A stretch of DNA of 64,000 nt from Ruminobacter sp. (GCF_017940385.1 NZ_JAGAYS010000041.1), one strand, 5' to 3'; shown: positions 31,501 through 39,548, counted from the stretch's first letter. Program-made: numbers and translations. The notes: generated from the letters alone by a model not told the origin.

Positions 31501-33816
31501 CTGTTCAACGACTGCGGAAACAACTGGTATAAGAGTTCAAGCAACGGAAACTTCGTACTCAATTCAGTAGGCGACGTATGGGTTGACGGTACCAAAATGG
31601 GAACCGGCACTCCTGCAGAACTTGATACCTCAAACAAAGCTCCGACTGCGGTAATCACAGCTTCATCACTGACCATCATACCGGGTGAAAGCGTGACTCT
31701 GGATGCTTCAGGTTCAACTGACTCCGACGGTTCCATTGTTTCCTACAAGTGGAACACCGGTGCGACTTCCTCAAAGATTACGGTAACTCCTGAAGAAACC
31801 ACTGTTTACAGCGTAACCGTAACCGACAATGACGGTGCAACCGCCACCAAGTCCGTAACCGTTACCGTTGAGGAAGAGACATGTGCCGTGGATCCGTTCT
31901 GGTATCTGCAGACTGATTTCCTGGCAACAGTTCAGGACGGAACAGTTAGCCTTACCGATAATACCTATTTCGGTGAAAGGAAGAACTGCTCATCTCCAGT
32001 AACCTCAACCGGAGTCAAAGTGTCAGAACAGTGTCTGGAGACCTTCGGTTCAGGCCCTGCCTGCGGTCTTGTATACAGCTGGGATTTCGGAGACGGTTCA
32101 GTTTCTTCAGAAACCTTCAGCGTTTCACATACATACCAGCAGTCCGGCACCTATAACGTTGTGCTTAAGATCAGCAGAAACGGTTCCGCCACGGACGTTC
32201 ATACCGTATCAAAGAACATCACCGTTGATGTTCCGCAGATCATCATGCCTGTGGCTAAAATCAGTGCTGACAAAACTGAGATAAACAAGGGGGAAACTCT
32301 TGTTCTCAGCGGTGCCTCTTCAACCGGTAATGAACTGAGCTATCTCTGGAGTACCGGAGAAACCACCTCTTCAATTACCGTTCAGCCTGAGGCAACCACC
32401 GTTTATACTCTTACCGTAACTGATAAGAACGGCAACACTTCGGAAAAGGCCAGCGTGACCATAACCGTGAAGGACGTGGTGAATCATGCTCCGGAGGTGT
32501 CCGTAGTGACATCTGCCGATAACGTGAACAGAACCGTTAAGAGCGGTACCGCCGTAACTCTTGATGCTTCCGGTTCAGCAGATGAGGATCATGATCAGTT
32601 ATCCTACCTCTGGTCAAACGGCAAGACCGACGCCGTAATTACCGAAAACCTTTACGAAACCACCACGTTTACCGTTAAGGTAAGTGACGGCAAGGCTGAA
32701 TCAACAGGTGCCGTAACAATTACCGTGGTAAATGACAATGCGGCTCCTATTGCCAGAATCAGTATAAATCAGACCGGGGCCGTAGAAGGCACCGAAATGA
32801 TCTTCGACGGTTCAAGTTCAACTGATGACAAGGCCGTAAAGAAATATGAATGGGCGGTTAACGGTATGAAGTACGGTACCAACAGCAGCTTCACCCATAA
32901 GTTTGAAACTGCAGGTACATACGTTGTGACCCTTACCGTTTACGATGAAGAAGGCCTTTCAGGTTCACAGGCGGTAACCGTTTCCATTGTTGCTGCCGAG
33001 GAACCTGTTGTTGAATTCACCGTTTCCGGAAGCACGAATATCAACATCAATGAAACGGCCGTGTTTACCACTAACCTGGTGAATGCCGAAGCCTCATCAT
33101 ACTCATGGTACATTGACGGTGAAAAGGTTAACGGTTCTCAGAGCTCACTGAGCCACCAGTTTACCGTAGCCGGTACCCACGAGGTTAAGGTTGTCGTTAC
33201 CGACAAAAAGAACGTGCAGCATCAGGCAGTAAAGCAGGTAACCGTGAACAATCCGTACGTAAGTACTCCGGTAAAGGTTGCAAGCGGAAGTCAGAATCAG
33301 ACCAAAAATAACGAAATCCGTTTCGTGCAGTCAGATTCCGATGACAGAACCCCGGTTTCAATTGAAAGCCGTAAGATCATGAGCTTTGTGATTTCAAACA
33401 TTTCTCATGAGGCTACCGTCCAGGTTGTAAGACTTCCTGACCAGAACGTAAAGACCTCCGGCGAACGCGTATGTCAGATTTTCAGCGGCTATGTTGTTGA
33501 CTGCGACGCAACCGACGGTGTGGACTACAATCAGTTTTCCAACGATGCAACCGTTGATCTCAAGTTCATTCAGGCAGGCAGCTATGAAGTTAGAATCAAG
33601 GGTAAGAACCTTGCCGAAAATGACTTCAGCGGCTATATACCTGTAAGCGTTACCGGAGAAGATAACGATGAAGGTTCAGATGAGGAAGAAGCTGATTCAA
33701 CTCCTTCCGACAATACCGGCAGTTCTTCCGGCAAGAAGGGCGGCGGTGCCATCGGACTGTTCGATCTCATCCTTATGGCCGGTGCAGGTTTCTTCGTGAG
33801 AAGACGCAGAAAGTAA
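28573..33816 (+). CDS. Giant secreted or surface-anchored protein: GH57/GH119-like alpha-glucan hydrolase module, beta-rich middle region, six PKD-type repeats and a GlyGly-CTERM tail
   Basis: It starts with a signal peptide (MSNRMLRLNGLSLAVGFAVAIPGFVVSDDAQA). Four motifs resemble GH57 conserved regions: HIYHNHMP (I), ALEPIHFTGHH (II), FFPTELGFSERLIPTLTKLGIEW (III, candidate nucleophile Glu) and VIAHDGDNGEG (IV, candidate acid/base Asp). Six repeats of about 80-120 aa carry PKD signatures (for example YSWDFGDGS...HTYQQSGTYNVVLKI). An acidic linker leads to the C-terminal GGGAIGLFDLILMAGAGFFVRRRRK. Confidence 0.8.
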   Translation: MSNRMLRLNGLSLAVGFAVAIPGFVVSDDAQAAGVIAATHIYHNHMPNFWPYYNTADYEKAAVGDPIRYAYDGQVYRIKENPPADYTYFLPKKGTPMPHDNLQQYYDRDAKRNAYTSWPAQTARANSGSHPLSQTQVTMSAAVINNVQSFAELNIFDFFREGWSSDWKSTVGSLKTTNGFNALEPIHFTGHHSMGPLVGPRYFLKDLIYQNVTLQRDYFLGADKFRSSKGFFPTELGFSERLIPTLTKLGIEWSVVGNNHFSRTLKDYPYNYQDPSYDTLVSPPNRADLQNTYEAGEWVTVGMAHEKQQIVNKFPFCAIPHWVQYVDPVTGKADKIAAIPVDQNGSWLEGWEGEANAHTEIERSNYVADANGRTMYYVIAHDGDNGEGRAGSISTWLASGNEYSADGVVGMGVEEYLKAYPIPESDIQHIQDGSWVDTRDSSSDPDWYHWHIPMGVWKGQLSDFNKALGTEFEMPVNFAGTPMGHAVSMEYGYHYLERNFALLQAAENYAVTAEQIWLDDHPNYWSPSTDAEKQVTYEGNQLNPYMMSYPVKGDEQNDYRGGANPAELGWYFLISSIDSGFGYYDENTDDNVKPSLGFNQSLYFTEPYVTKNVAKDKTGPSMWWVQRYPTNPGSANSGKAEGWTPMYADNTFAVYTYAYDVSGIKDVKVYVRAHKNKSMGPTDIAPRVYDPKALGISGDAVGEWKVYDTKVRDLTPDMNGVAWQDNEVSLNYQVIPARKIASTYYAYISDFRDQLVDYYMEATDSRGNVTRSEINHTYVGAGRYNLVDGAYIEDVNGEIEGSHMFFTDGSVVLTDSVTVYARAGDESVTSVYLEHKDKGTSDWNGVEMKKVGDTTYFKTTVTYTRDATCADIRVRENGGSYYNGNSGTCLSKGTYVIGKDGSITEGAPTDIVTPVTFYFKPASSLTSVCVHYRGTPQTGDKGWTAVPGAAMTAQKNGWWSYTDTESFGAEISGLEFLFNDCGNNWYKSSSNGNFVLNSVGDVWVDGTKMGTGTPAELDTSNKAPTAVITASSLTIIPGESVTLDASGSTDSDGSIVSYKWNTGATSSKITVTPEETTVYSVTVTDNDGATATKSVTVTVEEETCAVDPFWYLQTDFLATVQDGTVSLTDNTYFGERKNCSSPVTSTGVKVSEQCLETFGSGPACGLVYSWDFGDGSVSSETFSVSHTYQQSGTYNVVLKISRNGSATDVHTVSKNITVDVPQIIMPVAKISADKTEINKGETLVLSGASSTGNELSYLWSTGETTSSITVQPEATTVYTLTVTDKNGNTSEKASVTITVKDVVNHAPEVSVVTSADNVNRTVKSGTAVTLDASGSADEDHDQLSYLWSNGKTDAVITENLYETTTFTVKVSDGKAESTGAVTITVVNDNAAPIARISINQTGAVEGTEMIFDGSSSTDDKAVKKYEWAVNGMKYGTNSSFTHKFETAGTYVVTLTVYDEEGLSGSQAVTVSIVAAEEPVVEFTVSGSTNININETAVFTTNLVNAEASSYSWYIDGEKVNGSQSSLSHQFTVAGTHEVKVVVTDKKNVQHQAVKQVTVNNPYVSTPVKVASGSQNQTKNNEIRFVQSDSDDRTPVSIESRKIMSFVISNISHEATVQVVRLPDQNVKTSGERVCQIFSGYVVDCDATDGVDYNQFSNDATVDLKFIQAGSYEVRIKGKNLAENDFSGYIPVSVTGEDNDEGSDEEEADSTPSDNTGSSSGKKGGGAIGLFDLILMAGAGFFVRRRRK
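31636..33250 (+). repeat. Array of six PKD/Ig-like domain repeats inside the giant CDS
   Basis: The repeats begin APTAVITASSL, TCAVDPFWY (with WDFGDG), PVAKISADKTE, NHAPEVSVVTS, NAAPIARISIN and EPVVEFTVSGS. Each ends in a V-T-V/I beta-strand motif. Confidence 0.7.
33739..33813 (+). other. GlyGly-CTERM sorting signal (rhombosortase substrate type)
   Basis: It consists of GGG, a hydrophobic helix (AIGLFDLILMAGAGFFV) and the basic tail RRRRK at the extreme C-terminus. An acidic Ser/Gly-rich linker precedes it. Confidence 0.7.
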
Positions 33817-33845
33817 GATTATATTATTAGACTTAAGGTGATTAA

Positions 33846-33881
33846 AGGCGGAACCCGGGAACTGAAGGGCTCCGCCTTTTT
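33846..33881 (+). terminator. Intrinsic terminator after the giant CDS
   Basis: The stem pairs aggcgga with tccgcct around an 18-nt loop. tttt follows. Confidence 0.7.
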
Positions 33882-33952
33882 AGTTGATTTTTACCATGAA
33901 TGAATTTATCATAGGTGTAAGCCGTTGCTAACAGAAAGGATGGTATTTAATT

Positions 33953-34180
33953 ATGAGATATCATTACAGGGTTCTGGGAATAGACTGTCCGATGTGCGCA
34001 CTTGGTCTTTCCGGAATGCTCAGGCGGATTAAGGATTTTCAGTCGGTTAACCTGAACATAATGACCCATGATCTGATTATATATACCTGGCTGGAACAGA
34101 ATGAGCTTGATGCCGTTCTGGGCAGTAATGCGATATCGGTTCACGGACAGCTAGAGTACAGACTGATAAGCGCTTCATAA
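33953..34180 (+). CDS. Small HMA (heavy-metal-associated, CopZ-like) domain protein
   Basis: The 75-aa product begins MRYHYRVLGIDCPMCALGLSGMLRRIKDFQSVNLNI, which fits the HMA pattern V-x-G-[MI]-x-C-x-x-C-A followed by a beta-alpha-beta topology. Confidence 0.6.
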   Translation: MRYHYRVLGIDCPMCALGLSGMLRRIKDFQSVNLNIMTHDLIIYTWLEQNELDAVLGSNAISVHGQLEYRLISAS

Positions 34181-34223
34181 TCTGAACAACCTTATACCAA
34201 TATAACTGATTCGGAATATCCTG

Positions 34224-34691
34224 ATGACAGACGTAAACAAGAATATTAATGAGTGCTTTACCCTGCACGACGCCAAGGCCGAGTGTCTTGACAAGCTTAA
34301 AAAGGCAAAGGTAAGAATGTCAAAGCAGCGTCTTGAGCTGCTGGATCTGCTTTTTTCCGGAACATTCAACTGTACCAAGGAACTTTACTATGAAGCCCAG
34401 TCAAAAAATCCTGAACTGGGAATGTCAACAGTGTACCGCTTCCTCAAGGTTCTGTATGACGTGGGAGTAATATCCAACAACAAACTGCTGGACGTGAACT
34501 GCTCCAACTGTAATTTCAAGCTGGCTGCCTTAAGGGATCACGAGGGGCAGGAGTTAAGGGCCGACGGGCTGGATCTCCAGGAACTCTTAAGACTGGGAAT
34601 GGTGGTCAAGGGGCTGATTAAGTCAGATGAAAAAATTGACGTAAAGATGCAGGATGACTCCGTCTATATTTCCGTTCTTAACGAAAAATAG
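34224..34691 (+). CDS. Atypical Fur-family transcriptional regulator (winged helix; the canonical His-rich metal sites are absent)
   Basis: Residues ~30-85 (RMSKQRLELLDLLFSGTFNCTKELYYEAQSKNPELGMSTVYRFLKVLYDVGVI) match the Fur/Zur/PerR DNA-binding domain pattern (R-x-T-x-QR...ATVYR-x-L). The C-terminal half has only one CxxC (C93/C96) and no HHxH-type motif. Confidence 0.6.
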   Translation: MTDVNKNINECFTLHDAKAECLDKLKKAKVRMSKQRLELLDLLFSGTFNCTKELYYEAQSKNPELGMSTVYRFLKVLYDVGVISNNKLLDVNCSNCNFKLAALRDHEGQELRADGLDLQELLRLGMVVKGLIKSDEKIDVKMQDDSVYISVLNEK

Positions 34692-34862
34692 CGTTCTGCG
34701 AAAATCCCGTCTCAGACAACAGGACGGAACTGAACCGTCAGACAGACAATAAGAAAAAGAGACGGTTTTGAAGGATTCCGGCCGAACCTTCGGATAACAG
34801 CTGACGGCAGTTACGGTATTCCATACGGACATTTTTGTGTTTATCGGTAAGATTTTTTTTGC

Positions 34863-34888
34863 GGAACGTCGGAAAGTCCGACGTTTCC
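34863..34888. promoter_or_regulatory. Inverted repeat (candidate operator or leader hairpin) upstream of the CoADR-rhodanese gene
   Basis: aacgtcgga (34865..34873) and tccgacgtt (34877..34885) form a perfect 9-bp inverted repeat with a 3-nt centre, extendable by GG/CC. It lies about 30 nt upstream of ATG 34916 and just after a T8 run. Confidence 0.35.
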
Positions 34889-34915
34889 TTTATAACTGAA
34901 AATAAGGAAATACAA

Positions 34916-36619
34916 ATGTCCAGAACAATAATAATAGGCGGCTCCGCCGCAGGTGCAACCGTTGCGGCAAGGCTGAGAAGGCTTGATGAGCACCAAGAGA
35001 TAGTCATCTATGAGAAAGGCCCGGATATTTCATATGCAAGCTGCGGCCTTCCGTATCACATCGGCGGGGTTCTGCCCGGAAAACAGTCCCTGGTGGTTAC
35101 CTCCGTCGGAGCATTCGTAACCAAATACAATGTTGAAGTAAAGCCTCTGCATGAGGTTCTTGAAATTCATCCTGAAAACAGAACCGTGACCGTTAAACGT
35201 CTTGCGGACGGAAAAACAATCACTGATTCCTATGACAGTCTTGTTATTGCGGCAGGAGCGTCTCCGGCCGTTCCCGGGTTCATAAAAGGCGCAAATCTTC
35301 CGCAGATAAAAACACTGAGAACCATAGCTGATGCCGACTGCATCAGAAAGGACGTAATATCCGGAAAGATTAGGTCTGCCGTTATAGCCGGCGGCGGTTT
35401 TATCGGCGTGGAGCTCGCCGAGAATCTGATTCGTTCGGGAGTCAGGGTTACGCTGGTTGAACTGAAGCCGGAGGTTCTTGGAGTCATGGATTCCGAACTC
35501 GGCAGGCTGATGACCAAACATCTCGTAAGAAGCGGGGTGGACGTGAGAACCGGAACCGGCATTAAAAGTTTTATCGTAAGTTCCGCAGACGGCACTGAGA
35601 CCGTCGATGCCGAACTCACCGACGGAACGCACGTGGAGAGCGATCTGGCTGTTCTTGCCCTCGGAATCAGACCGAATACCGACTTCCTGAAAAACACCGG
35701 CATCAGCACGGATGAGAAGGGTTTTATCAGAGTGACCCCTTATTTTGAGACGGGAGTTGACGGTATATATGCGGCGGGTGACATAGCTGCCGTAAGTCAT
35801 GTCGTGACCGGTAAACCCGTAAGCAGCGCCCTGGCGGGTCCTGCGGTGCGCGGAGCCAGAATAATAGCCGGCAGAATTGCGGGACTTAAGGATGTTCCGG
35901 GATTTCCGGGAACGGCCGGAAGCGGCATAGTACAGGCCTTTAATCTTCAGGCCGGGATTACCGGCTTCGGTGCGGAGTATCTTGAAGCGTCAGGTCTTGT
36001 CAGGGACAGGGATTTCTTCACTGCTTTTGTTTCACAGAAGTCGCACGTGGGCTGGTTCCCGGGGGCGGGATTCCTGTTCATCAAGGGGATGTTTGAAAAA
36101 AAGAGCGGCAGGATTCTCGGCGTGGAAGCCGTCGGTTCCGTATCGGTTGACAAGGTCATTGATGCGGCTTCAGCCCTGATTCTTAAACACGGAACATACC
36201 GTGATCTTGCGGATTTTGATGCGGCCTATGCACCGCAGTTCAATGCCCCGAAGTCGCCGCTCAACATGCTTGGATTTACCGCTGAGAACATTGACCTTGG
36301 GCTGGAATCCCAGACGGATATTCAGACCCTGCTGCGTATTACCGGGGATATGGAGCGTAACGGCGGCAGTTCGGGGGAATATTATCTGCTGGACGTCAGG
36401 GAGCCTTCGGAGGTCAGGTCCATGAGCCTGCCATATTTCAGCAACATTCCGCTCGGAACCCTGAGGGACAGTCTTGCGGAAATACCGAAGGACAAAACCG
36501 TAATCATAACCTGTGCCGTCGGAGTCAGAGCCTGGAACGCCGCCAGAATTCTTGCGGGATACGGATACAGAACATCCGTTCTTACTGGCGGAGCCTCATT
36601 CTATGCCATGTACAGGTAA
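34916..36619 (+). CDS. CoA-disulfide reductase / NAD(P)H persulfide-polysulfide reductase with a C-terminal rhodanese domain
   Basis: It has an FAD-binding GxGxxG (IIIGGSAAGATVA), the redox-active Cys motif (SYASCGLPYHIGG), a second dinucleotide fold (AVIAGGGFIGVELAE) and GDIAAV. The C-terminal rhodanese domain carries an active-site loop (ITCAVGVRAWNAARIL). ATG 34916 has the SD AAGGA. Confidence 0.85.
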   Translation: MSRTIIIGGSAAGATVAARLRRLDEHQEIVIYEKGPDISYASCGLPYHIGGVLPGKQSLVVTSVGAFVTKYNVEVKPLHEVLEIHPENRTVTVKRLADGKTITDSYDSLVIAAGASPAVPGFIKGANLPQIKTLRTIADADCIRKDVISGKIRSAVIAGGGFIGVELAENLIRSGVRVTLVELKPEVLGVMDSELGRLMTKHLVRSGVDVRTGTGIKSFIVSSADGTETVDAELTDGTHVESDLAVLALGIRPNTDFLKNTGISTDEKGFIRVTPYFETGVDGIYAAGDIAAVSHVVTGKPVSSALAGPAVRGARIIAGRIAGLKDVPGFPGTAGSGIVQAFNLQAGITGFGAEYLEASGLVRDRDFFTAFVSQKSHVGWFPGAGFLFIKGMFEKKSGRILGVEAVGSVSVDKVIDAASALILKHGTYRDLADFDAAYAPQFNAPKSPLNMLGFTAENIDLGLESQTDIQTLLRITGDMERNGGSSGEYYLLDVREPSEVRSMSLPYFSNIPLGTLRDSLAEIPKDKTVIITCAVGVRAWNAARILAGYGYRTSVLTGGASFYAMYR

Positions 36620-36938
36620 CACGTACTGTCCGTTCTCGGGAGTTTGTCCTGACCGGGGAAATCACCGTGAGGTGAGTGCCCACGGGATGAGGACGTTTTT
36701 CGGGAAGGATGAGGAATGACCTCCGTTCTCAGGAATTTTTCTTTTACGCCGCTTTCCGCGGCGTATCTGCCTTTCAGGCTTTCGGCTGTCTGCTGAACAC
36801 TAACCGCGGAAGGCAGACTGGTGTCCCGAACAGTTCTGTTCTATAAAAATGTGAGGAGTGATATAATTTCAGCCGGTTGATTAATCACTGTGTATTTATT
36901 CAAGATTGTCTGAATCTGTTTTTTTAGGTGGAATATCC

Positions 36939-38108
36939 ATGAAACTTCCTGTTTATTTAGATTATGCTGCCACTACTCCGGTGGATCCAAGGGTCGCAAA
37001 GAAGATGGCTGAATGCCTGTGTCTCGAGGGAACCTTCGGTAATCCCGCCTCCAAATCACACATATACGGGTGGCAGGCTGCCGAAGCCGTGGATATCGCC
37101 AGGGGGCAGATAGCCGATCTCATCGGTGCCGATACCAGAGAGATTGTATTTACCTCAGGTGCCACCGAATGTGACAATCTGGCTGTTACCGGAGTCGCTC
37201 TCGCAAATCGCGGCGGCAGCAGGAAGAAGATAATAACCTCGGCAATAGAGCACAAGGCCGTTCTTGACCCGTGTCATTATGCCGAAACCCTGGGATACGA
37301 AGTGGTATATCTGAAGCCGAATGCTGACGGGCTTGTCACTCCGGAAATGCTTGAGGAGGCGATAGACGACAATACCCTGCTGGTAAGTCTCATGCATGCC
37401 AACAACGAGATTGGTGTCGTGCAGGACATCGGCAGACTTGCGGAAATTGCCAAAAGCCACGGCGCACTTTTCCACAGCGACTGTGCACAGAGTGCCGGCA
37501 AGGTCAGAATTGATGTCAGTACCATGCCCGTGGATTATCTGTCACTGTGCGCTCATAAGGTGTACGGACCGAAGGGCATAGGAGCCTTTTATGTCCGTAA
37601 GGGAGCTCCGAGACCAAATCCCGTAATAAGGGGCGGCGGACATGAAATGGGCATGCGCAGCGGTACTCTGGCCACTCACCAGATTGTGGGAATGGGCGAA
37701 GCCTTTGCCCTGGCAAAGTCCGAAATGAAACAGGAAAACATGAGAATCGAAGGTCTCAGAAACCGTCTTGCCGAAGCTCTTCTTTCCCTTCCGGAAACTT
37801 CTGTGAACGGCACGATGAATTCCCGTCTTCCGGGGAATCTCAATGTGACCTTCCGCGGTATTAACGGAGAGAACTTCATGCTGGCCCTGAGAAACATCGC
37901 GGTTTCCACCGGATCAGCATGTACCTCCGCGTCTCTCAATCCTTCATACGTGCTTAAGGCCCTGGGCCTCAGCGATGCCGACGCCCACAGTTCCATCCGT
38001 TTCAGCCTCGGCCGTTTCACCACGGAAGAGGAAATCGATTATGCCATCGGCGTGATTTCGGAAGAATATCTGAAACAGCGTAAACTTGGCAGTCTCTGGA
38101 AAGTTTAA
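36939..38108 (+). CDS. iscS: Cysteine desulfurase IscS (group I NifS/IscS type)
   Basis: It begins [23 protein letters not shown]. The PLP-Lys block is [17 protein letters not shown] and the active-site loop is [21 protein letters not shown], the IscS consensus [24 protein letters not shown] 36939 has the SD AGGTGG. Confidence 0.92.
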   Translation: MKLPVYLDYAATTPVDPRVAKKMAECLCLEGTFGNPASKSHIYGWQAAEAVDIARGQIADLIGADTREIVFTSGATECDNLAVTGVALANRGGSRKKIITSAIEHKAVLDPCHYAETLGYEVVYLKPNADGLVTPEMLEEAIDDNTLLVSLMHANNEIGVVQDIGRLAEIAKSHGALFHSDCAQSAGKVRIDVSTMPVDYLSLCAHKVYGPKGIGAFYVRKGAPRPNPVIRGGGHEMGMRSGTLATHQIVGMGEAFALAKSEMKQENMRIEGLRNRLAEALLSLPETSVNGTMNSRLPGNLNVTFRGINGENFMLALRNIAVSTGSACTSASLNPSYVLKALGLSDADAHSSIRFSLGRFTTEEEIDYAIGVISEEYLKQRKLGSLWKV

Positions 38109-38119
38109 ACAGCCGGCGC

Positions 38120-38147
38120 GACTGCCGTGAAACGGCGGTCCTTTTTT
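38120..38147 (+). terminator. Intrinsic terminator immediately after iscS
   Basis: The stem pairs gactgccgt with acggcggtc (9 bp with one G-U pair, loop gaa). cttttttaa follows. Confidence 0.7.
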
Positions 38148-38179
38148 AATTGGATTATCTCCCATCTTGGAATGATAAA

Positions 38180-39505
38180 ATGGAAAATACAGAAGATATC
38201 TTTGTTCTTAAGGTTTTTAAGGCGGCTCCCGGAACCGCTGCGGCTCCTTATTTAAAGGACTGTGCCATCAGCTATTCGGAAGAAGGAGCCTTTATTCATG
38301 CGGATGACGCGGAAAAGAAGAGTTATCTCAGAGCCGTTCAGGCGGCCGCTAAGAATATTTCGTCAGCAGGATACCGCAGGGTTGAACTTGCCGACAGGGA
38401 AGGTTTTAAATGGACCGAAGAAGATGCCATGTCCTTCTTTCTCGGTTTCCGCAGCATAAAGAACGGCGCCGACATTGTTTATCCGAAGGATCTCGACACC
38501 GTGTCATTCAGAACCGTAAGAAGCATAATCACCTGGTTAAGGGACACGATTGACGAACCTGCTTCGGCACTTAATCCCGTTTCCTACATTGTTTATCTCA
38601 ACAGTCTGAATGCCATAACCGGAAATGCCCTGACAATTAAGGCATATACCGGTGACAGACTTCATGCGGAAAATCTCACCGGACTCATGACCGTGGGCGG
38701 AGGCAGTGACAATCCTCCGTGTCTTTACGAGCTTGATTACAATCCTTCCGGCGATGAAAATGCCCCGGTATTTGCCGCTCTTGTCGGAAAGGGCATAACC
38801 TTTGATACAGGCGGATACAGTCTCAAGCCTTCAGAACTGATGCGTTCAATGCATACGGACATGGGCGGCTCTGCCACCGTTGCCGCCTCACTGGCGCTTC
38901 TTGCCGTATCAGGCTTTGACAGACGCGTAAAGGCATGGCTCTGCTGTGCGGAAAACATGGTTTCGGGAAAGGCCATGAGAGTGGGTGACATAATCAGTTA
39001 TCCGAACGGAGTCAGCGTGGTAATCGACAATACCGACGCCGAAGGACGTCTGGTTCTGGCCGACGGTCTCATCCGTGCGGGTAATTCCGGGGCCGAATAC
39101 ATTATTGACGCGGCCACGCTTACCGGTGCGGCAAAGGTTGCTCTCGGAAGGGACTATAATGCGGCAATGAGTCTGAATGCCGATTTGAGCACCGAATTCG
39201 TCAGAAGTGCCGCTTCCGTAAATGAGTATGCATGGCCTCTGCCTTTTGATAAATTCCATCTGGGACTGGTTTCTTCACAGCTTGCCGACATTACCAATTC
39301 CGCATCAGGCGACGGTATTGCGGGAGCTACTTCGGCAGCGTCATTCCTTAGCAGATTCGTGCCTTCCGAAAAGTGGAATTCATGGCTGCACATCGATCTG
39401 GCGGCAAGTTACCGCAAGACTCCGAATGACATCTATCAGACAGGAGCCATGGGCCACGGAGCCAGATCCGTTGCGGCATTTATCAGAGAGCTTGCAGACA
39501 GATAG
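38180..39505 (+). CDS. pepB: Aminopeptidase B (M17 family) PepB
   Basis: It is colinear with E. coli PepB. Matching blocks include LVGKGITFDTGGYSLKP, DMGGSATV, NTDAEGRLVLADGL and IIDAATLTGAAKVALG. ATG 38180 is preferred over the TTG 38150 of the ORF track. Confidence 0.92.
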   Translation: MENTEDIFVLKVFKAAPGTAAAPYLKDCAISYSEEGAFIHADDAEKKSYLRAVQAAAKNISSAGYRRVELADREGFKWTEEDAMSFFLGFRSIKNGADIVYPKDLDTVSFRTVRSIITWLRDTIDEPASALNPVSYIVYLNSLNAITGNALTIKAYTGDRLHAENLTGLMTVGGGSDNPPCLYELDYNPSGDENAPVFAALVGKGITFDTGGYSLKPSELMRSMHTDMGGSATVAASLALLAVSGFDRRVKAWLCCAENMVSGKAMRVGDIISYPNGVSVVIDNTDAEGRLVLADGLIRAGNSGAEYIIDAATLTGAAKVALGRDYNAAMSLNADLSTEFVRSAASVNEYAWPLPFDKFHLGLVSSQLADITNSASGDGIAGATSAASFLSRFVPSEKWNSWLHIDLAASYRKTPNDIYQTGAMGHGARSVAAFIRELADR

Positions 39506-39548
39506 ACGGAAGGTGAATTCCTGAACTTGTTCAGGTCTTAATGCCGAC

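Noticed and set aside
35030-35800. 256-aa and 159-aa ORFs on the minus strand (35030..35800 and 35230..35709)
   Set aside because: They are antisense to the CoADR-rhodanese gene, whose plus frame carries unambiguous FAD/NAD folds and the redox Cys motif. The products are low-complexity and Arg/Ser/Gly-rich, typical of antisense frames in GC-richer genes. Neither has an SD.
28182-36938. Is the 8.7-kb block between trmJ and iscS a mobile genomic island?
   Set aside because: No integrase, transposase, tRNA attachment site or flanking direct repeats are visible. Its codon style matches the bulk of the window. I treat it as an ancient locus rearrangement rather than a mobile element.
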